Shown here piece by piece: positions 1 through 9,534 of a stretch of 64,000 bases of DNA. The notes under the pieces are model-generated. The model did no database searches, had not been told where the DNA came from, and saw only the letters and a list, made by a program, of their open reading frames with translations. How positions within the stretch are numbered: the stretch's first letter is position 1; every line of letters begins with the position of its first letter. Source of the DNA: Clostridia bacterium (GTDB taxonomy: Bacteria; Bacillota; Clostridia; Christensenellales; CAG-314); the NCBI GenBank assembly GCA_028698585.1, contig JAQVWG010000002.1, forward strand, positions 150,250 to 214,249, given 5' to 3'. Made by a program: the position numbers and the translations under genes.

Positions 1-297
1 ACCCATATCGTTCATTCAGTAGCCTTGTCGGTCTTTATAGTGAATGTGCATTAGCCACTGTCAATAATAAATAAACGATATGACAGCGAATAGATGGATA
101 ATTATGTGACACTGCGAGTAAATTGACGTTGGCAATACTTAATAGTTGTATGTAAGCTAGTTATATGTAGGTAGGTGGGTAGTCTCTATTCATTACAGTT
201 GCGATACCTACTATTCAACTGCACATAACGTATACCCTATATATACAGTGATTCGCCTTAATCGTTGCATAATTATATTGAACTAATTACCCATATA

Positions 298-334
298 CCA
301 CAATGACTTGATAGAGCGTATCAAGTCATTGTGG
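298..334 (-). terminator. Perfect 16-bp hairpin just downstream of tRNA-Arg; probable terminator
   Basis: CCACAATGACTTGATA-GAGCG-TATCAAGTCATTGTGG is a perfect inverted repeat 10 nt 3' of the tRNA on the minus strand. No clean U-run, so strand and function are tentative. Confidence 0.5.
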
Positions 335-343
335 TATAATAAT

Positions 344-419
344 TGGCGCACTCGGTAGGAATCGAACCTACAACCACTAGAATCGGAATCTAGCATTCTA
401 TCCATTGAACTACGAGTGC
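344..419 (-). tRNA. tRNA-Arg (anticodon CCG), CCA end encoded
   Basis: The reverse complement folds by hand into a full cloverleaf. Acceptor GCACTCG/CGAGTGC, D-stem GTTC/GAAT, anticodon stem CTAGA/TCTAG with loop TTCCGAT, T-arm GTAGG-TTCGATT-CCTAC, discriminator G plus CCA; 76 nt. Confidence 0.9.
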
Positions 420-893
420 ATGTTGTGCATGCTGATAGTATTAGATAATGTTAACAGTAGATATTTATTAAATAACGCTGTCCATGTTACGTGTTTGCGA
501 CTTATTTGTCAATTACCGAGGCATATATCGTGCAATGAAGTCTTGTCGGCTGTGTTGTTGACAGAATATGCAGTAAGGCACTTGTACAGTCAATAGTTGA
601 GTTATTAATGAGTCGATAACTTAGGTGCGTATCATGTATCTTATTATTACTGGCCGTTATGCAATAATTATACCTATATTATGCATTTGGTCAACTATAC
701 TATGAGTTGTTAACTGATATGCGATTAGTTAAGGCATGTCGTGTATGGCGCGTTACTTAGGTGTACCACACGGCGTTATCCGTTACGTCGCATATTAATG
801 CTGTTAATGTTCTGTTGACGATACTGTTTATCACTCATTATTACTACTCATAGTAGGTGCGCTGTAGACAGTAGTGGTGAAACAGTCAATGTG

Positions 894-2060
894 TTATATA
901 CTCTTATATACGCAGACGCCGTTTTGATAGGTGGCAAGCAAATTATACTGGTTATCTATCACTATAAAATCTGCGTAGTAACCCTCTGATAAACTGCCTA
1001 ATTGTTCATATCCCAGCATCTGTGCAGGGTTGATTGTAGCACACTTAATGGCATCTTGCAACAGAGTGTCGGTATATTGACAGTACATTAACAGGTTGGC
1101 AAAGTTGTTGGAGTTACTACCAGCGCGTTTGCCGTTAGCAAGGAACACTCCCTTCTCGCTGACCGTAACAGTCTGTCCGGCAATTGAGTATGTGCCGTAG
1201 GGTACCCCTGACGCCATTATGCTGTCGCTTACTAGTATGGTCTTAAACTGGCATTTACTATGCGCAATTCTATTGAGTGTAGGTGGGGGAATGTGTTGTC
1301 CGTCACATATTAACTCACAGTACAACTCATCATTGTTAATATAATAATCTAATAACTTGCCTTTGTCAAAGCATTTATCCATAGCGTTATACATGTGGGT
1401 TACACACTTGGCGCCCTCATCTACGCATAACTGTGCTTGCTCAACAGTCGCACCGGTATGTCCTAGCGATACAGTTATGCCTAGGTCGGTTGCGTATCTA
1501 GTTAACTGTGGAGCATTAACTAGTTCTGGTGCAATGGTAATCTGTTTGATATAACCCTTTGACGCATTAAATAACCTATCAAATAGATTAATACTGATAG
1601 GTTGAAGGTATTGTTCCTCCATAGCACCCTTATACTGAGCAGAAAGGAACGGACCCTCTAAATGTATCCCTTTAACCGTGCGATTATTACCCATTAACTG
1701 TGCGCAGGTATCCAGTTGTCTGCACATAATGTCTACATCCTGTGTCATAATAGTCGCAAGTATACTCGTAATACCGTGAGCAGTATAATAGGGCAACATA
1801 TCCTCTATCTGTTCGCCACTGCTAGTAGTGTAATCCACGCCGACAGCACCGTGAGTGTGAGTGTCGAACAGCGCCGGCATGACCGTGCAACCATGTAAAT
1901 CTATCCTTTGCACATTGGTTATCTCATCAACTGCGCACATAACATTACTGTCGACTACGGGTGTGTTGCAGAATCTGTCGCCCATTATGGACAAACTATG
2001 CTTAACACTTCTAGCTCCCAGTATATGATAATTATCTAGTTTAGTAATAGCGTTTTTCAT
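894..2060 (-). CDS. nagA: N-acetylglucosamine-6-phosphate deacetylase
   Basis: 388 aa amidohydrolase with NagA motifs: LFDTHTHGAVG, IHLEGPFLS, ITIAPEL, LGHTGAT, THMYNAM. Confidence 0.85.
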   Translation of the reverse strand: MKNAITKLDNYHILGARSVKHSLSIMGDRFCNTPVVDSNVMCAVDEITNVQRIDLHGCTVMPALFDTHTHGAVGVDYTTSSGEQIEDMLPYYTAHGITSILATIMTQDVDIMCRQLDTCAQLMGNNRTVKGIHLEGPFLSAQYKGAMEEQYLQPISINLFDRLFNASKGYIKQITIAPELVNAPQLTRYATDLGITVSLGHTGATVEQAQLCVDEGAKCVTHMYNAMDKCFDKGKLLDYYINNDELYCELICDGQHIPPPTLNRIAHSKCQFKTILVSDSIMASGVPYGTYSIAGQTVTVSEKGVFLANGKRAGSNSNNFANLLMYCQYTDTLLQDAIKCATINPAQMLGYEQLGSLSEGYYADFIVIDNQYNLLATYQNGVCVYKSI

Positions 2061-2066
2061 AAGCGT

Positions 2067-2095
2067 ATTGTAGCACTATGTAGCAATAATTTCAA
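2067..2095 (-). promoter_or_regulatory. Promoter of nagA; predicts a leaderless mRNA
   Basis: On the minus strand TTGAAA (2090-2095), 17-nt spacer, TGcTACAAT (-10 at 2067-2072), then 6 nt to the ATG at 2060. No SD. Confidence 0.6.
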
Positions 2096-2116
2096 CTGTA
2101 AATATCTATTTAACTC

Positions 2117-2145
2117 TTGCAGGCAATGAACAAATGTGCTATTAT
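2117..2145 (+). promoter_or_regulatory. Promoter of the lpd-tdh-kbl operon, divergent from the nagA promoter
   Basis: TTGCAG (2117-2122), 17-nt spacer, TGcTATTAT (-10 at 2140-2145). AAGGAG SD precedes the ATG at 2181. Confidence 0.55.
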
Positions 2146-2180
2146 TGTGTAGGCAATAATCAAGTAATTAAGGAGTAATA

Positions 2181-3539
2181 ATGAAGTACGATTTGATTGT
2201 TATAGGTGGAGGTCCAGCAGGTTATAATTGTGCCGAGAGAGCAACGCACGCAGGACTGAATGTAGCCGTTATCGAACAGGCCAAGTTGGGTGGAGTATGC
2301 CTTAACAGTGGTTGTATACCGTCTAAGGCACTATTGCAATCTGCTAAAGTGGCAGATTATGTCCGTCATGCAGATATGTACGGTGTACAGGCAACGTATA
2401 ATGGCGTCAACCATAAGTTTATACTAGACCGCAAGAACAGAATAGTACGTAAACTAGTAGCTGGTATTAAACTTCAACTCAAGAGCGCTAATGTTACAGT
2501 CATCGAGGGTAAGGCAATTATTAAAGACAAGCAAGACAACCTATATACAATTAGTGTAAACGATCAAACATACACTTGCACGTACCTGATAATAGCCACG
2601 GGCAGTACAGCAATAATCCCGCCCATTAAGGGTGTTACAGAGGGCGTTAACGAAGGCAGAGTACTAGACAATGTCGGCATACTCGACCTTGCAGATATAC
2701 CAGCCAATCTAGTAGTTATAGGTGGTGGAGTTATCGGGCTAGAAATGGCCAGTTATTACACCAGTATGGGTTCGCAGGTTACAGTCGTAGAGGCTCTATC
2801 CAAGATTGCCGGAAACACCGACAGCCAAGTTACTGCCATTCTGCAGACGAACTATGAGAAGAAGGGTGTTCGTTTCTTAACTAACACAATGGCTGTTGCC
2901 ATAGACAATGAGGGCGTTACAGTCAAGAGTGGCGATCAACTTACACGTTTACCTGCAGACAAAGTGCTGTTATCCGTTGGTCGTAAGGCTAACGCTATTG
3001 ACGGTATTGATAGACTTGGAATTGCCACCAACAGAGGATTCATTGTAACTGATGAACACTTGCGCACTAATATTGATAATGTATATGCAATAGGTGATTG
3101 TAATGGTAAAGTTATGTTAGCCCACACTGCATACAGAGAGGGTGAGGTAGCAGTCAACACCATAATGGGGATAGATGACTATATTAACTATGACGCAATC
3201 CCTTCCGTTATATATACTAACCCCGAGATTGCATCAATAGGCAAGACTGCCGAACAGGCAACTAATGATGGTTTAACAATTGTCGAACAAACCCTGCCTA
3301 TGCAATACTCTGGCAGATACGTGGCAGAGAACACCACCACTGACGGTATATGCAAGTTGGTACTACATAATGACAGATTGATAGGTGCGACGATTATTGG
3401 TAACGGTGCAAGTGAGTTTATCGTGTTATTATCTGCCATGATAGGGCTCGATATCAACATCGAGCAACTTAAGACAGTTGTTTTCCCGCACCCAACCGTA
3501 TCAGAGATAATCAGGGAAAGTATATTTAGTTTAGAATAA
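2181..3539 (+). CDS. lpdA: Dihydrolipoyl dehydrogenase (E3 / L-protein type flavoprotein disulfide reductase)
   Basis: 452 aa. FAD fold GGGPAGY, redox disulfide GGVCLNSGCIPSK, second dinucleotide fold GGGVIGLE, C-terminal FPHPTVSE interface motif. Confidence 0.85.
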   Translation: MKYDLIVIGGGPAGYNCAERATHAGLNVAVIEQAKLGGVCLNSGCIPSKALLQSAKVADYVRHADMYGVQATYNGVNHKFILDRKNRIVRKLVAGIKLQLKSANVTVIEGKAIIKDKQDNLYTISVNDQTYTCTYLIIATGSTAIIPPIKGVTEGVNEGRVLDNVGILDLADIPANLVVIGGGVIGLEMASYYTSMGSQVTVVEALSKIAGNTDSQVTAILQTNYEKKGVRFLTNTMAVAIDNEGVTVKSGDQLTRLPADKVLLSVGRKANAIDGIDRLGIATNRGFIVTDEHLRTNIDNVYAIGDCNGKVMLAHTAYREGEVAVNTIMGIDDYINYDAIPSVIYTNPEIASIGKTAEQATNDGLTIVEQTLPMQYSGRYVAENTTTDGICKLVLHNDRLIGATIIGNGASEFIVLLSAMIGLDINIEQLKTVVFPHPTVSEIIRESIFSLE

Positions 3540-3579
3540 TTATCCTACTGTTTAATACAGCAGAGAAGGAGAATATATA

Positions 3580-4623
3580 ATGGCAAAAATGGATGCTTTA
3601 GTCAAAAGATACCCAGCGAGAGGTCTAGAATTAGAACAGGTAGATATACCTGTGCTGGGTGAGAACGAGGCGCTAGTCAAAATTAAGAAGACTGCTATAT
3701 GTGGAACCGACCTGCATATCTACAACTATGATGAGTGGACAGCCAAGACTGTACCTATCCCAATGGTGATAGGACACGAGTTCGTGGGCGAGATAGTGGA
3801 AATCAAAGGGAAATCCGAGAGGCACTTCAAGGTGGGCGACATTGTATGTGCAGAAGGACACATAACGTGTGGCAATTGCCGTGCTTGTAGGGCAGGCAGA
3901 CTTCATCTATGTCCTAACACTAAGGGAATAGGCGTTAATAGACAGGGAATATTCGCTCAATACGCAGCAATTCCTCTAGCCAATCTATGGTTAACAGACA
4001 ACAATATATCTCAAGAGATGTACTCGATATTCGACCCGTTTGGCAACGCCACACATACTGCGTTAACATATAATCTAGTGGGCGAAGACGTGCTGATTAT
4101 CGGCGCAGGTCCAATAGGCATTATGGCTGCAGCAATCAGTTGTCATGTAGGCGCCAGAAACGTAGTTATCACCGATGTCAATCAATACAGACTGGATTTG
4201 GCCAAGAAAGTAGCCCCTAGAGCTATAGTTGTAGACACGACCAAGACATCTCTTCATCATGTTCAAAAAGAGATAGGTATGACCGAGGGGTTCGACGTAG
4301 GTATGGAGATGTCCGGTAATAAATACGCATTCGCTGAGATGATTGACAATATGATAATGGGTGGCAACGTGGCACTACTGGCTATGCCTAAGGCAGACAC
4401 TCAGGTAGACTGGAACAAGGTAGTATTCGGCGCACTTAATATCAAGGGTATCTATGGTCGCAAAATATTCGAGACGTGGCACGCAATGACATCTATGTTG
4501 CAGTCAGGACTGGATATATCATCTGTCATCACTCACAGGTTCGACTATAAGGACTACATACAAGGGTTCGAGCTAATGGACAAAGCACAATGCGGTAAAG
4601 TAATATTAAATTGGGAGAAATAA
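3580..4623 (+). CDS. tdh: L-threonine 3-dehydrogenase (zinc alcohol dehydrogenase family)
   Basis: 347 aa. GHEFVGEIVE catalytic Zn motif, structural Zn cluster CGNCRACRAGRLHLC, GAGPIG NAD fold. kbl lies immediately downstream after a 4-nt gap. Confidence 0.85.
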   Translation: MAKMDALVKRYPARGLELEQVDIPVLGENEALVKIKKTAICGTDLHIYNYDEWTAKTVPIPMVIGHEFVGEIVEIKGKSERHFKVGDIVCAEGHITCGNCRACRAGRLHLCPNTKGIGVNRQGIFAQYAAIPLANLWLTDNNISQEMYSIFDPFGNATHTALTYNLVGEDVLIIGAGPIGIMAAAISCHVGARNVVITDVNQYRLDLAKKVAPRAIVVDTTKTSLHHVQKEIGMTEGFDVGMEMSGNKYAFAEMIDNMIMGGNVALLAMPKADTQVDWNKVVFGALNIKGIYGRKIFETWHAMTSMLQSGLDISSVITHRFDYKDYIQGFELMDKAQCGKVILNWEK

Positions 4624-4627
4624 TTAT

Positions 4628-5818
4628 ATGTTTGGTATAAGTAAAGAGATAATCACCTCTACACTGCAGGAAATCAAGGCTAACGGACTGTGGAAAGAAG
4701 AGAGAATAATTACCACCCCACAGAGTAACATCATAGACACCACAGCAACTAACGGCGTACTTAACTTCTGTGCCAACAACTACTTAGGACTGTGCAACAA
4801 CAAGGAGATAGCGCAGGCAGCTAAAGACAGTTATGATAAGATAGGATATGGTATGAGCAGTGTTAGATTCATCTGTGGAACAGGGGAGGTACACAAGCAA
4901 TTAGAGGCAGAACTGAGCGATTTTCTATCCACCGAGGACACCATACTGTATTCGTCCTGTTTTGACGCTAACGGAGGTCTGTTCGAAACGCTGACAACCG
5001 AGCAGGACGCTATTATATCAGACGAACTCAATCATGCTAGCATTATAGACGGAGTTAGGCTGTCCAAGGCCATGCGTTACAGATATCGTAATAACGATAT
5101 GGACAGTCTAGAACAGTGTATTAAGCAAGCCATTGAGAAGGGCGCTAGACAGAAACTGATTGTAACGGACGGTGTCTTCTCTATGGACGGCATAATCGCC
5201 AACCTCAAGGGTATATGCGACTTGGCAGACAGATATGATTGTCTTGTCGTTGTAGATGATTCTCACGCAACCGGATTTGTCGGCAGAACGGGCAGAGGTA
5301 CGGCAGAGTATAACGGAGTAATAGGTAGAGTAGATGTTATTACCAGTACATTAGGTAAGGCGCTCGGTGGTGCGTCAGGCGGATTTACCAGTGGCAGAAA
5401 GGAGATTATTGCACTTCTGCGCCAACGCAGTAGACCATATTTATTCTCTAATACTCTTGCACCCTCTATTGCTTCAGCCACGCTCAAAGTGCTAGAAATA
5501 CTCAAGAGAGATAACAGTCTGTGTGCTAAGGTTATGGATAATGCAAGATATTTTCGCGAGCAGATGACTAATAACAACTTTGATTTAATAGGCGAGGGAC
5601 ACCCCATAGTGCCCGTTATGTTATATGACGCAGTGCTTGCACAGAGAGTTGCCGAGCAAATGCTACTAGAAGGCATATATGTAATAGGCTTCTATTATCC
5701 TGTTGTGCCACAGGGCAGGGCAAGGATACGCACGCAGATGTCTGCCGCTCACACTCATCAAGATATCGACCGTTGCGTGCAGGCTTTTGTTAAATCTAGG
5801 CAGATAATAGGCTTCTAA
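4628..5818 (+). CDS. kbl: 2-amino-3-ketobutyrate CoA ligase (glycine C-acetyltransferase)
   Basis: 396 aa alpha-oxoamine synthase. NHASIIDG, DDSHATGF and the PLP-lysine motif STLGKALGGASGG. Classical tdh-kbl pairing. Confidence 0.85.
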   Translation: MFGISKEIITSTLQEIKANGLWKEERIITTPQSNIIDTTATNGVLNFCANNYLGLCNNKEIAQAAKDSYDKIGYGMSSVRFICGTGEVHKQLEAELSDFLSTEDTILYSSCFDANGGLFETLTTEQDAIISDELNHASIIDGVRLSKAMRYRYRNNDMDSLEQCIKQAIEKGARQKLIVTDGVFSMDGIIANLKGICDLADRYDCLVVVDDSHATGFVGRTGRGTAEYNGVIGRVDVITSTLGKALGGASGGFTSGRKEIIALLRQRSRPYLFSNTLAPSIASATLKVLEILKRDNSLCAKVMDNARYFREQMTNNNFDLIGEGHPIVPVMLYDAVLAQRVAEQMLLEGIYVIGFYYPVVPQGRARIRTQMSAAHTHQDIDRCVQAFVKSRQIIGF

Positions 5819-5893
5819 CCGATAACATCGAATAGTATTGCTGGTATGATTGACGGGTTTTTTGCATCACAATGTAATAATATGACACTATTG

Positions 5894-5922
5894 AGAGATT
5901 AGCGCGTGCTAATCTCTTTTGT
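5894..5922 (+). terminator. Intrinsic terminator after kbl
   Basis: Stem AGAGATTAGC / GCTAATCTCT, loop GCGT, followed by TTTTGT. Confidence 0.7.
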
Positions 5923-5923
5923 A

Positions 5924-5952
5924 TTGACAACACACATCAAGTCAACTATAAT
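5924..5952 (+). promoter_or_regulatory. Consensus sigma-70-type promoter of the ECF sigma operon
   Basis: TTGACA (5924-5929), exactly 17 nt, TATAAT (5947-5952). Confidence 0.7.
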
Positions 5953-5985
5953 GCTGATAACGGATATAGGAGTGATGTATAGTAA

Positions 5986-6477
5986 TTGAATGAGATTGAG
6001 TTTAACAACTTAATCAAGAGAATTGCCAAAGACGAGAAGTGTTTTGACAAGTTGTATCAGTACTATTTTGCCAAGATTGTGTTGTTCTTACGCAGTAAAT
6101 ACGGCACCAAGGTTAATGGCGCCGATATTGCACAGGACTTCTTCGTCATGCTACTGTCTAATAACGTTGGGCACATCAAGTATCCCAACGCATATGTGTA
6201 TAAGGTATGCTCTAATATGGCATACCATAAACTAGGTGTCTACAACAGCGAAACTCAGTTGTTGGAAACCATACCGACACCATTACCTCCAGAATACGAT
6301 GATACTATAGATAGGGCGCTATCTACGCTGGATACGCTAGAGCTGGAGATAATTAAACTGCACATATACTATGGATACTCGCTCAAAGAGATTGCCATAG
6401 ACACAGGGCAGAATTACTCGACAATCCGTAGCACTTATAATCGGTCGATGAAAAAACTTAAAGAAAAATTAAAATAA
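5986..6477 (+). CDS. RNA polymerase sigma factor, sigma-70 ECF-like
   Basis: 163 aa with a TTG start. Region 2-like DIAQDFFVMLL and a region 4 HTH (LELEIIKLHIYYGYSLKEIAIDTGQNYSTIRSTYNRSMKKLKEKL). Confidence 0.75.
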   Translation: MNEIEFNNLIKRIAKDEKCFDKLYQYYFAKIVLFLRSKYGTKVNGADIAQDFFVMLLSNNVGHIKYPNAYVYKVCSNMAYHKLGVYNSETQLLETIPTPLPPEYDDTIDRALSTLDTLELEIIKLHIYYGYSLKEIAIDTGQNYSTIRSTYNRSMKKLKEKLK

Positions 6478-6611
6478 ATGCAACAATCAAGACATTTTTA
6501 TACACTCAATAGTGTAGATGGAAACACAAGCATACATTAGTGTTAAACAGTGCAGATTTCCTAGGCGCAGCGCAAATTAAGTATAATACCACTTACTCAA
6601 AGGACAATTCA

Positions 6612-7232
6612 ATGAATCTCAAAAGACGATTACAACAGCATATGCACAAGCAGGAGAAGGACATTTTCGAACAGAATGAGCATGTAAGGAGCAATCTTAA
6701 GTCATCCTATTTCCTCTATGCAACTGACAACAAACCACGTGTTAGACAGCGTGTGCGTATAGCCCTGTCTTCACTCGCCTGTGTGTTGATAATTGTTATT
6801 GCAGTTATTGTCGCTCCGTCATTTACAACTCTATGGAATGGCAGAAATGGTAATATGAATCTGCCAAGTAATTGTGGTAGCGAGTTGAGTAAAGGTATGT
6901 TATCGCCACAGAATGTGAACAATCGTAACACGGGAGACATAGCAGATACAGATAGTGGTCTATCACCTACACATGACTCTGTGAGTACAGACAGCCAATG
7001 GTTCCTGTGCTATTATCAAGACAGTCAGTGGGGACATAACGGAGATGATTTGCCACTACACGCAGAGTGCAACGGATACTCGGTTGACTACTACTATGCG
7101 CAGTCCAGTGATATCACAGTGTTATATGCTAAGTGTATCAAGCAAGGTGCAGACACCATCTACATCGATTATCGACAGAACGGACAATATAATGCACAAT
7201 CCATTCTAGAGACAGCATTGACAGGAAAATAA
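6612..7232 (+). CDS. Putative anti-sigma factor, single-pass membrane protein
   Basis: Position directly after the ECF sigma. Cytoplasmic N-terminus, one TM (IALSSLACVLIIVIAVIVAPSF), extracytoplasmic C-terminus. Start moved to ATG 6612, which has an AAAGGA SD (ORF track starts at GTG 6540). No recognisable zinc anti-sigma motif. Confidence 0.45.
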   Translation: MNLKRRLQQHMHKQEKDIFEQNEHVRSNLKSSYFLYATDNKPRVRQRVRIALSSLACVLIIVIAVIVAPSFTTLWNGRNGNMNLPSNCGSELSKGMLSPQNVNNRNTGDIADTDSGLSPTHDSVSTDSQWFLCYYQDSQWGHNGDDLPLHAECNGYSVDYYYAQSSDITVLYAKCIKQGADTIYIDYRQNGQYNAQSILETALTGK

Positions 7233-7252
7233 ACCGTATGGGAGATATAAAA

Positions 7253-9082
7253 ATGAAACGACTGATTACTATAGTGTTAATATGCGTGTTACTAACCTCA
7301 TCACTAGCGTTGCTCGGTGGTTGCGAATACTTCATTTTCCGCAACAATGACGCAGGTGATTATGGCGAAATCTATGCTCGTGTTCAGTCAACGTTGACTG
7401 AACGAGGAAGTTGGTGGATTGGATGGCTTAAGGCTGATGACTACGATAGGGCTCCCACCAATGCCAGTCCGACTACACAAGAATCTAATACCAGCGATAC
7501 TAGTGATGGTAGCCCTGATTATTATGACACCAACGTGCAAGTTGAAGGCGTACAGGAGGCAGACATAGTCAAGACTGACGGACAATATATCTATGTCCTA
7601 TCTAATGGTGATGTGTGTATTATTAAGGCAGACAATGGTGCCACACAGTTGCTGTCTAGAATCACCATAGACTATTATACCTCAAGTGACACCTTGCTCG
7701 AATACTATCAAGATAGAGTATACGCATCAGAAATGTACGTTACTAACAACAGACTGATTGTTATTGCACGGAGATATGTATACGAGACCACTGTTAATCG
7801 ATATTATTACAACAGTAATAACTCGACAACAGCATATATCTACGACATTACTGATAGGACTCAACCCCTACTAATTCAGAGTTATTGTCAAAGTGGCGAT
7901 TATATAGACTCTCGCATGATAGATAACCAATTATATTTAATTAGCAATCACAGTCTCTATTATAAGGATGATGTTATTGCCAATAAACCAGAGACATATG
8001 TGCCTGTGTTTACTGAGGGTGACACAACAGCACCTGCAACTCCTAGTGAGATAATCATACCTGACAATGTAGAATCAATCGCATATCTAGTTGTCCAATC
8101 AATAGATGTATCCAATCAAACGGAGTGCATGAGTAAACTAGTGTTAATGGATTGTGGTAGTAATATATACTGCTCTAACACTGACCTGTTCGTTGGGAGA
8201 TGTGTGTGGGAAATGTCGACCGACCAATCTAGTTGGTGTCAGCACACTGTGTTAAGACGCATTAGTTTAACTTCCGACAGTTTAGCCTGCTCTGCTACGG
8301 GCAGAGTCAACGGATACCTACTCAACCAATTCTCGATGGACCAAAAAGACGGCTATTTACGAGTAGTAACAACTTATAACGACACAGAAGGTTCAGTTAA
8401 TGCCCTATATGTGCTCAATGACGACTTGACTGAGGTTGGCAGTATTACCGATTTGGCACAGGGGGAGACGGTATACTCCGTACGTTTTGACGGTGACGTA
8501 GGATACTTCGTAACTTTTAGACAGGTTGATCCACTTTTCGCAGTAGATTTAAGCAATCCGATTAATCCCACGTTGTTATCTCAGCTCAAAATACCAGGAT
8601 TCAGCAACTATTTACACCCATACGGTGAGGGATTGCTGTTCGGCATTGGCATGGCAGCAACGGAGAGTGGCTCGGTGCAGTGTATGAAACTATCAATGTT
8701 CGACGTATCCGACCTCTATAATATGAGCGAGGTGAGTAAACTCGAGTTGACCGACCTATACTACTCGGAGGCTAATTACAACCATAAGGCACTATTGATT
8801 AACGCTACTCGTAATTTGATAGGATTCTACAGCGAGAACACATACTACGTCTACACGTACGATACAGAAGAAGGATTTACGAGTGTAGCACAACTGGATT
8901 GTTCTTACACTAACGATTCTACCACCTATTACGGTTGGTATAATATGAGAGGGCTGTATATAGACAACTATATTTATCTCGTAAGTGATTGCGGAATCAA
9001 GTCATTCGATATGACTAATGGGTATGCACTCTGCCAAACGCTTGTACTATATACGCCTGATTACTGGTCAATTAATGATTAA
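7253..9082 (+). CDS. Secreted lipoprotein with C-terminal beta-propeller domain (Beta_propel / COG4880-like)
   Basis: Lipobox LALLGGC. Motifs remembered from the family: TNVQVEGVQEADIVKTDGQYIY and YSVRFDGDVGYFVTFRQVDPLFAVDLSNPINPTLLSQLKIPGFSNYLHPYG. Start at ATG 7253, 7 nt after GGGAGA. Confidence 0.65.
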   Translation: MKRLITIVLICVLLTSSLALLGGCEYFIFRNNDAGDYGEIYARVQSTLTERGSWWIGWLKADDYDRAPTNASPTTQESNTSDTSDGSPDYYDTNVQVEGVQEADIVKTDGQYIYVLSNGDVCIIKADNGATQLLSRITIDYYTSSDTLLEYYQDRVYASEMYVTNNRLIVIARRYVYETTVNRYYYNSNNSTTAYIYDITDRTQPLLIQSYCQSGDYIDSRMIDNQLYLISNHSLYYKDDVIANKPETYVPVFTEGDTTAPATPSEIIIPDNVESIAYLVVQSIDVSNQTECMSKLVLMDCGSNIYCSNTDLFVGRCVWEMSTDQSSWCQHTVLRRISLTSDSLACSATGRVNGYLLNQFSMDQKDGYLRVVTTYNDTEGSVNALYVLNDDLTEVGSITDLAQGETVYSVRFDGDVGYFVTFRQVDPLFAVDLSNPINPTLLSQLKIPGFSNYLHPYGEGLLFGIGMAATESGSVQCMKLSMFDVSDLYNMSEVSKLELTDLYYSEANYNHKALLINATRNLIGFYSENTYYVYTYDTEEGFTSVAQLDCSYTNDSTTYYGWYNMRGLYIDNYIYLVSDCGIKSFDMTNGYALCQTLVLYTPDYWSIND

Positions 9083-9111
9083 TATCGCATAACAGAACCA
9101 ACAATATATTT

Positions 9112-9149
9112 CCTCGAAAGTCTTTCAATATACTTTCGAGGATTTTTTT
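9112..9149 (+). terminator. Intrinsic terminator after the beta-propeller gene
   Basis: Stem CCTCGAAAGT / ACTTTCGAGG followed by ATTTTTTT. Confidence 0.8.
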
Positions 9150-9499
9150 CGTATATTAATGCTCTAAACGAAACTATATTGTCTTACCCTTGCAGTAATT
9201 AACCTTCTCTAAACGGTGTGATTGCTCTCAATGAACCACAGATTAACATCAATTATAATGTATTGTTGAATCAGCTGGCATGCTCAGTCATCAACACAGT
9301 TGTGTACTTATTTACTCTATGGCATGCACAATGAATGTGCATTTAATAATTGTATTAATCGCACAGTATAACATTCATGCCACATGAAGGTTATTTGACT
9401 ATTCGTTGATAGTCGGCTCAAATACTGACATCGTACTCGATAATCTAGCATTGTATTAATCGTAAGGTTATACCTTGCAGTTTCAGTTCGACTATACGA

Positions 9500-9528
9500 T
9501 TGACTTTTTACTCGCTGTATGGTTAAAT
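9500..9528 (+). promoter_or_regulatory. Promoter of the THUMP methyltransferase gene; predicts a leaderless mRNA
   Basis: TTGACT (9500-9505), 17 nt, TGgTTAAAT (-10 at 9523-9528), 6 nt, ATG 9535. No SD. Confidence 0.6.
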
Positions 9529-9534
9529 CTAACT

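Noticed and set aside
405-596. 63-aa ORF overlapping the 5' end of the tRNA-Arg gene
   Set aside because: No SD. It overlaps a well-folded tRNA on the opposite strand, and its Cys/Leu-rich composition is typical of random AT-rich ORFs.
2181-3539. Orphan lpd without other 2-oxoacid dehydrogenase or glycine-cleavage genes, as an anomaly
   Set aside because: lpd is frequently encoded apart from its partner complexes. Its placement with tdh-kbl, which produces glycine, makes metabolic sense. Not unusual enough to report.
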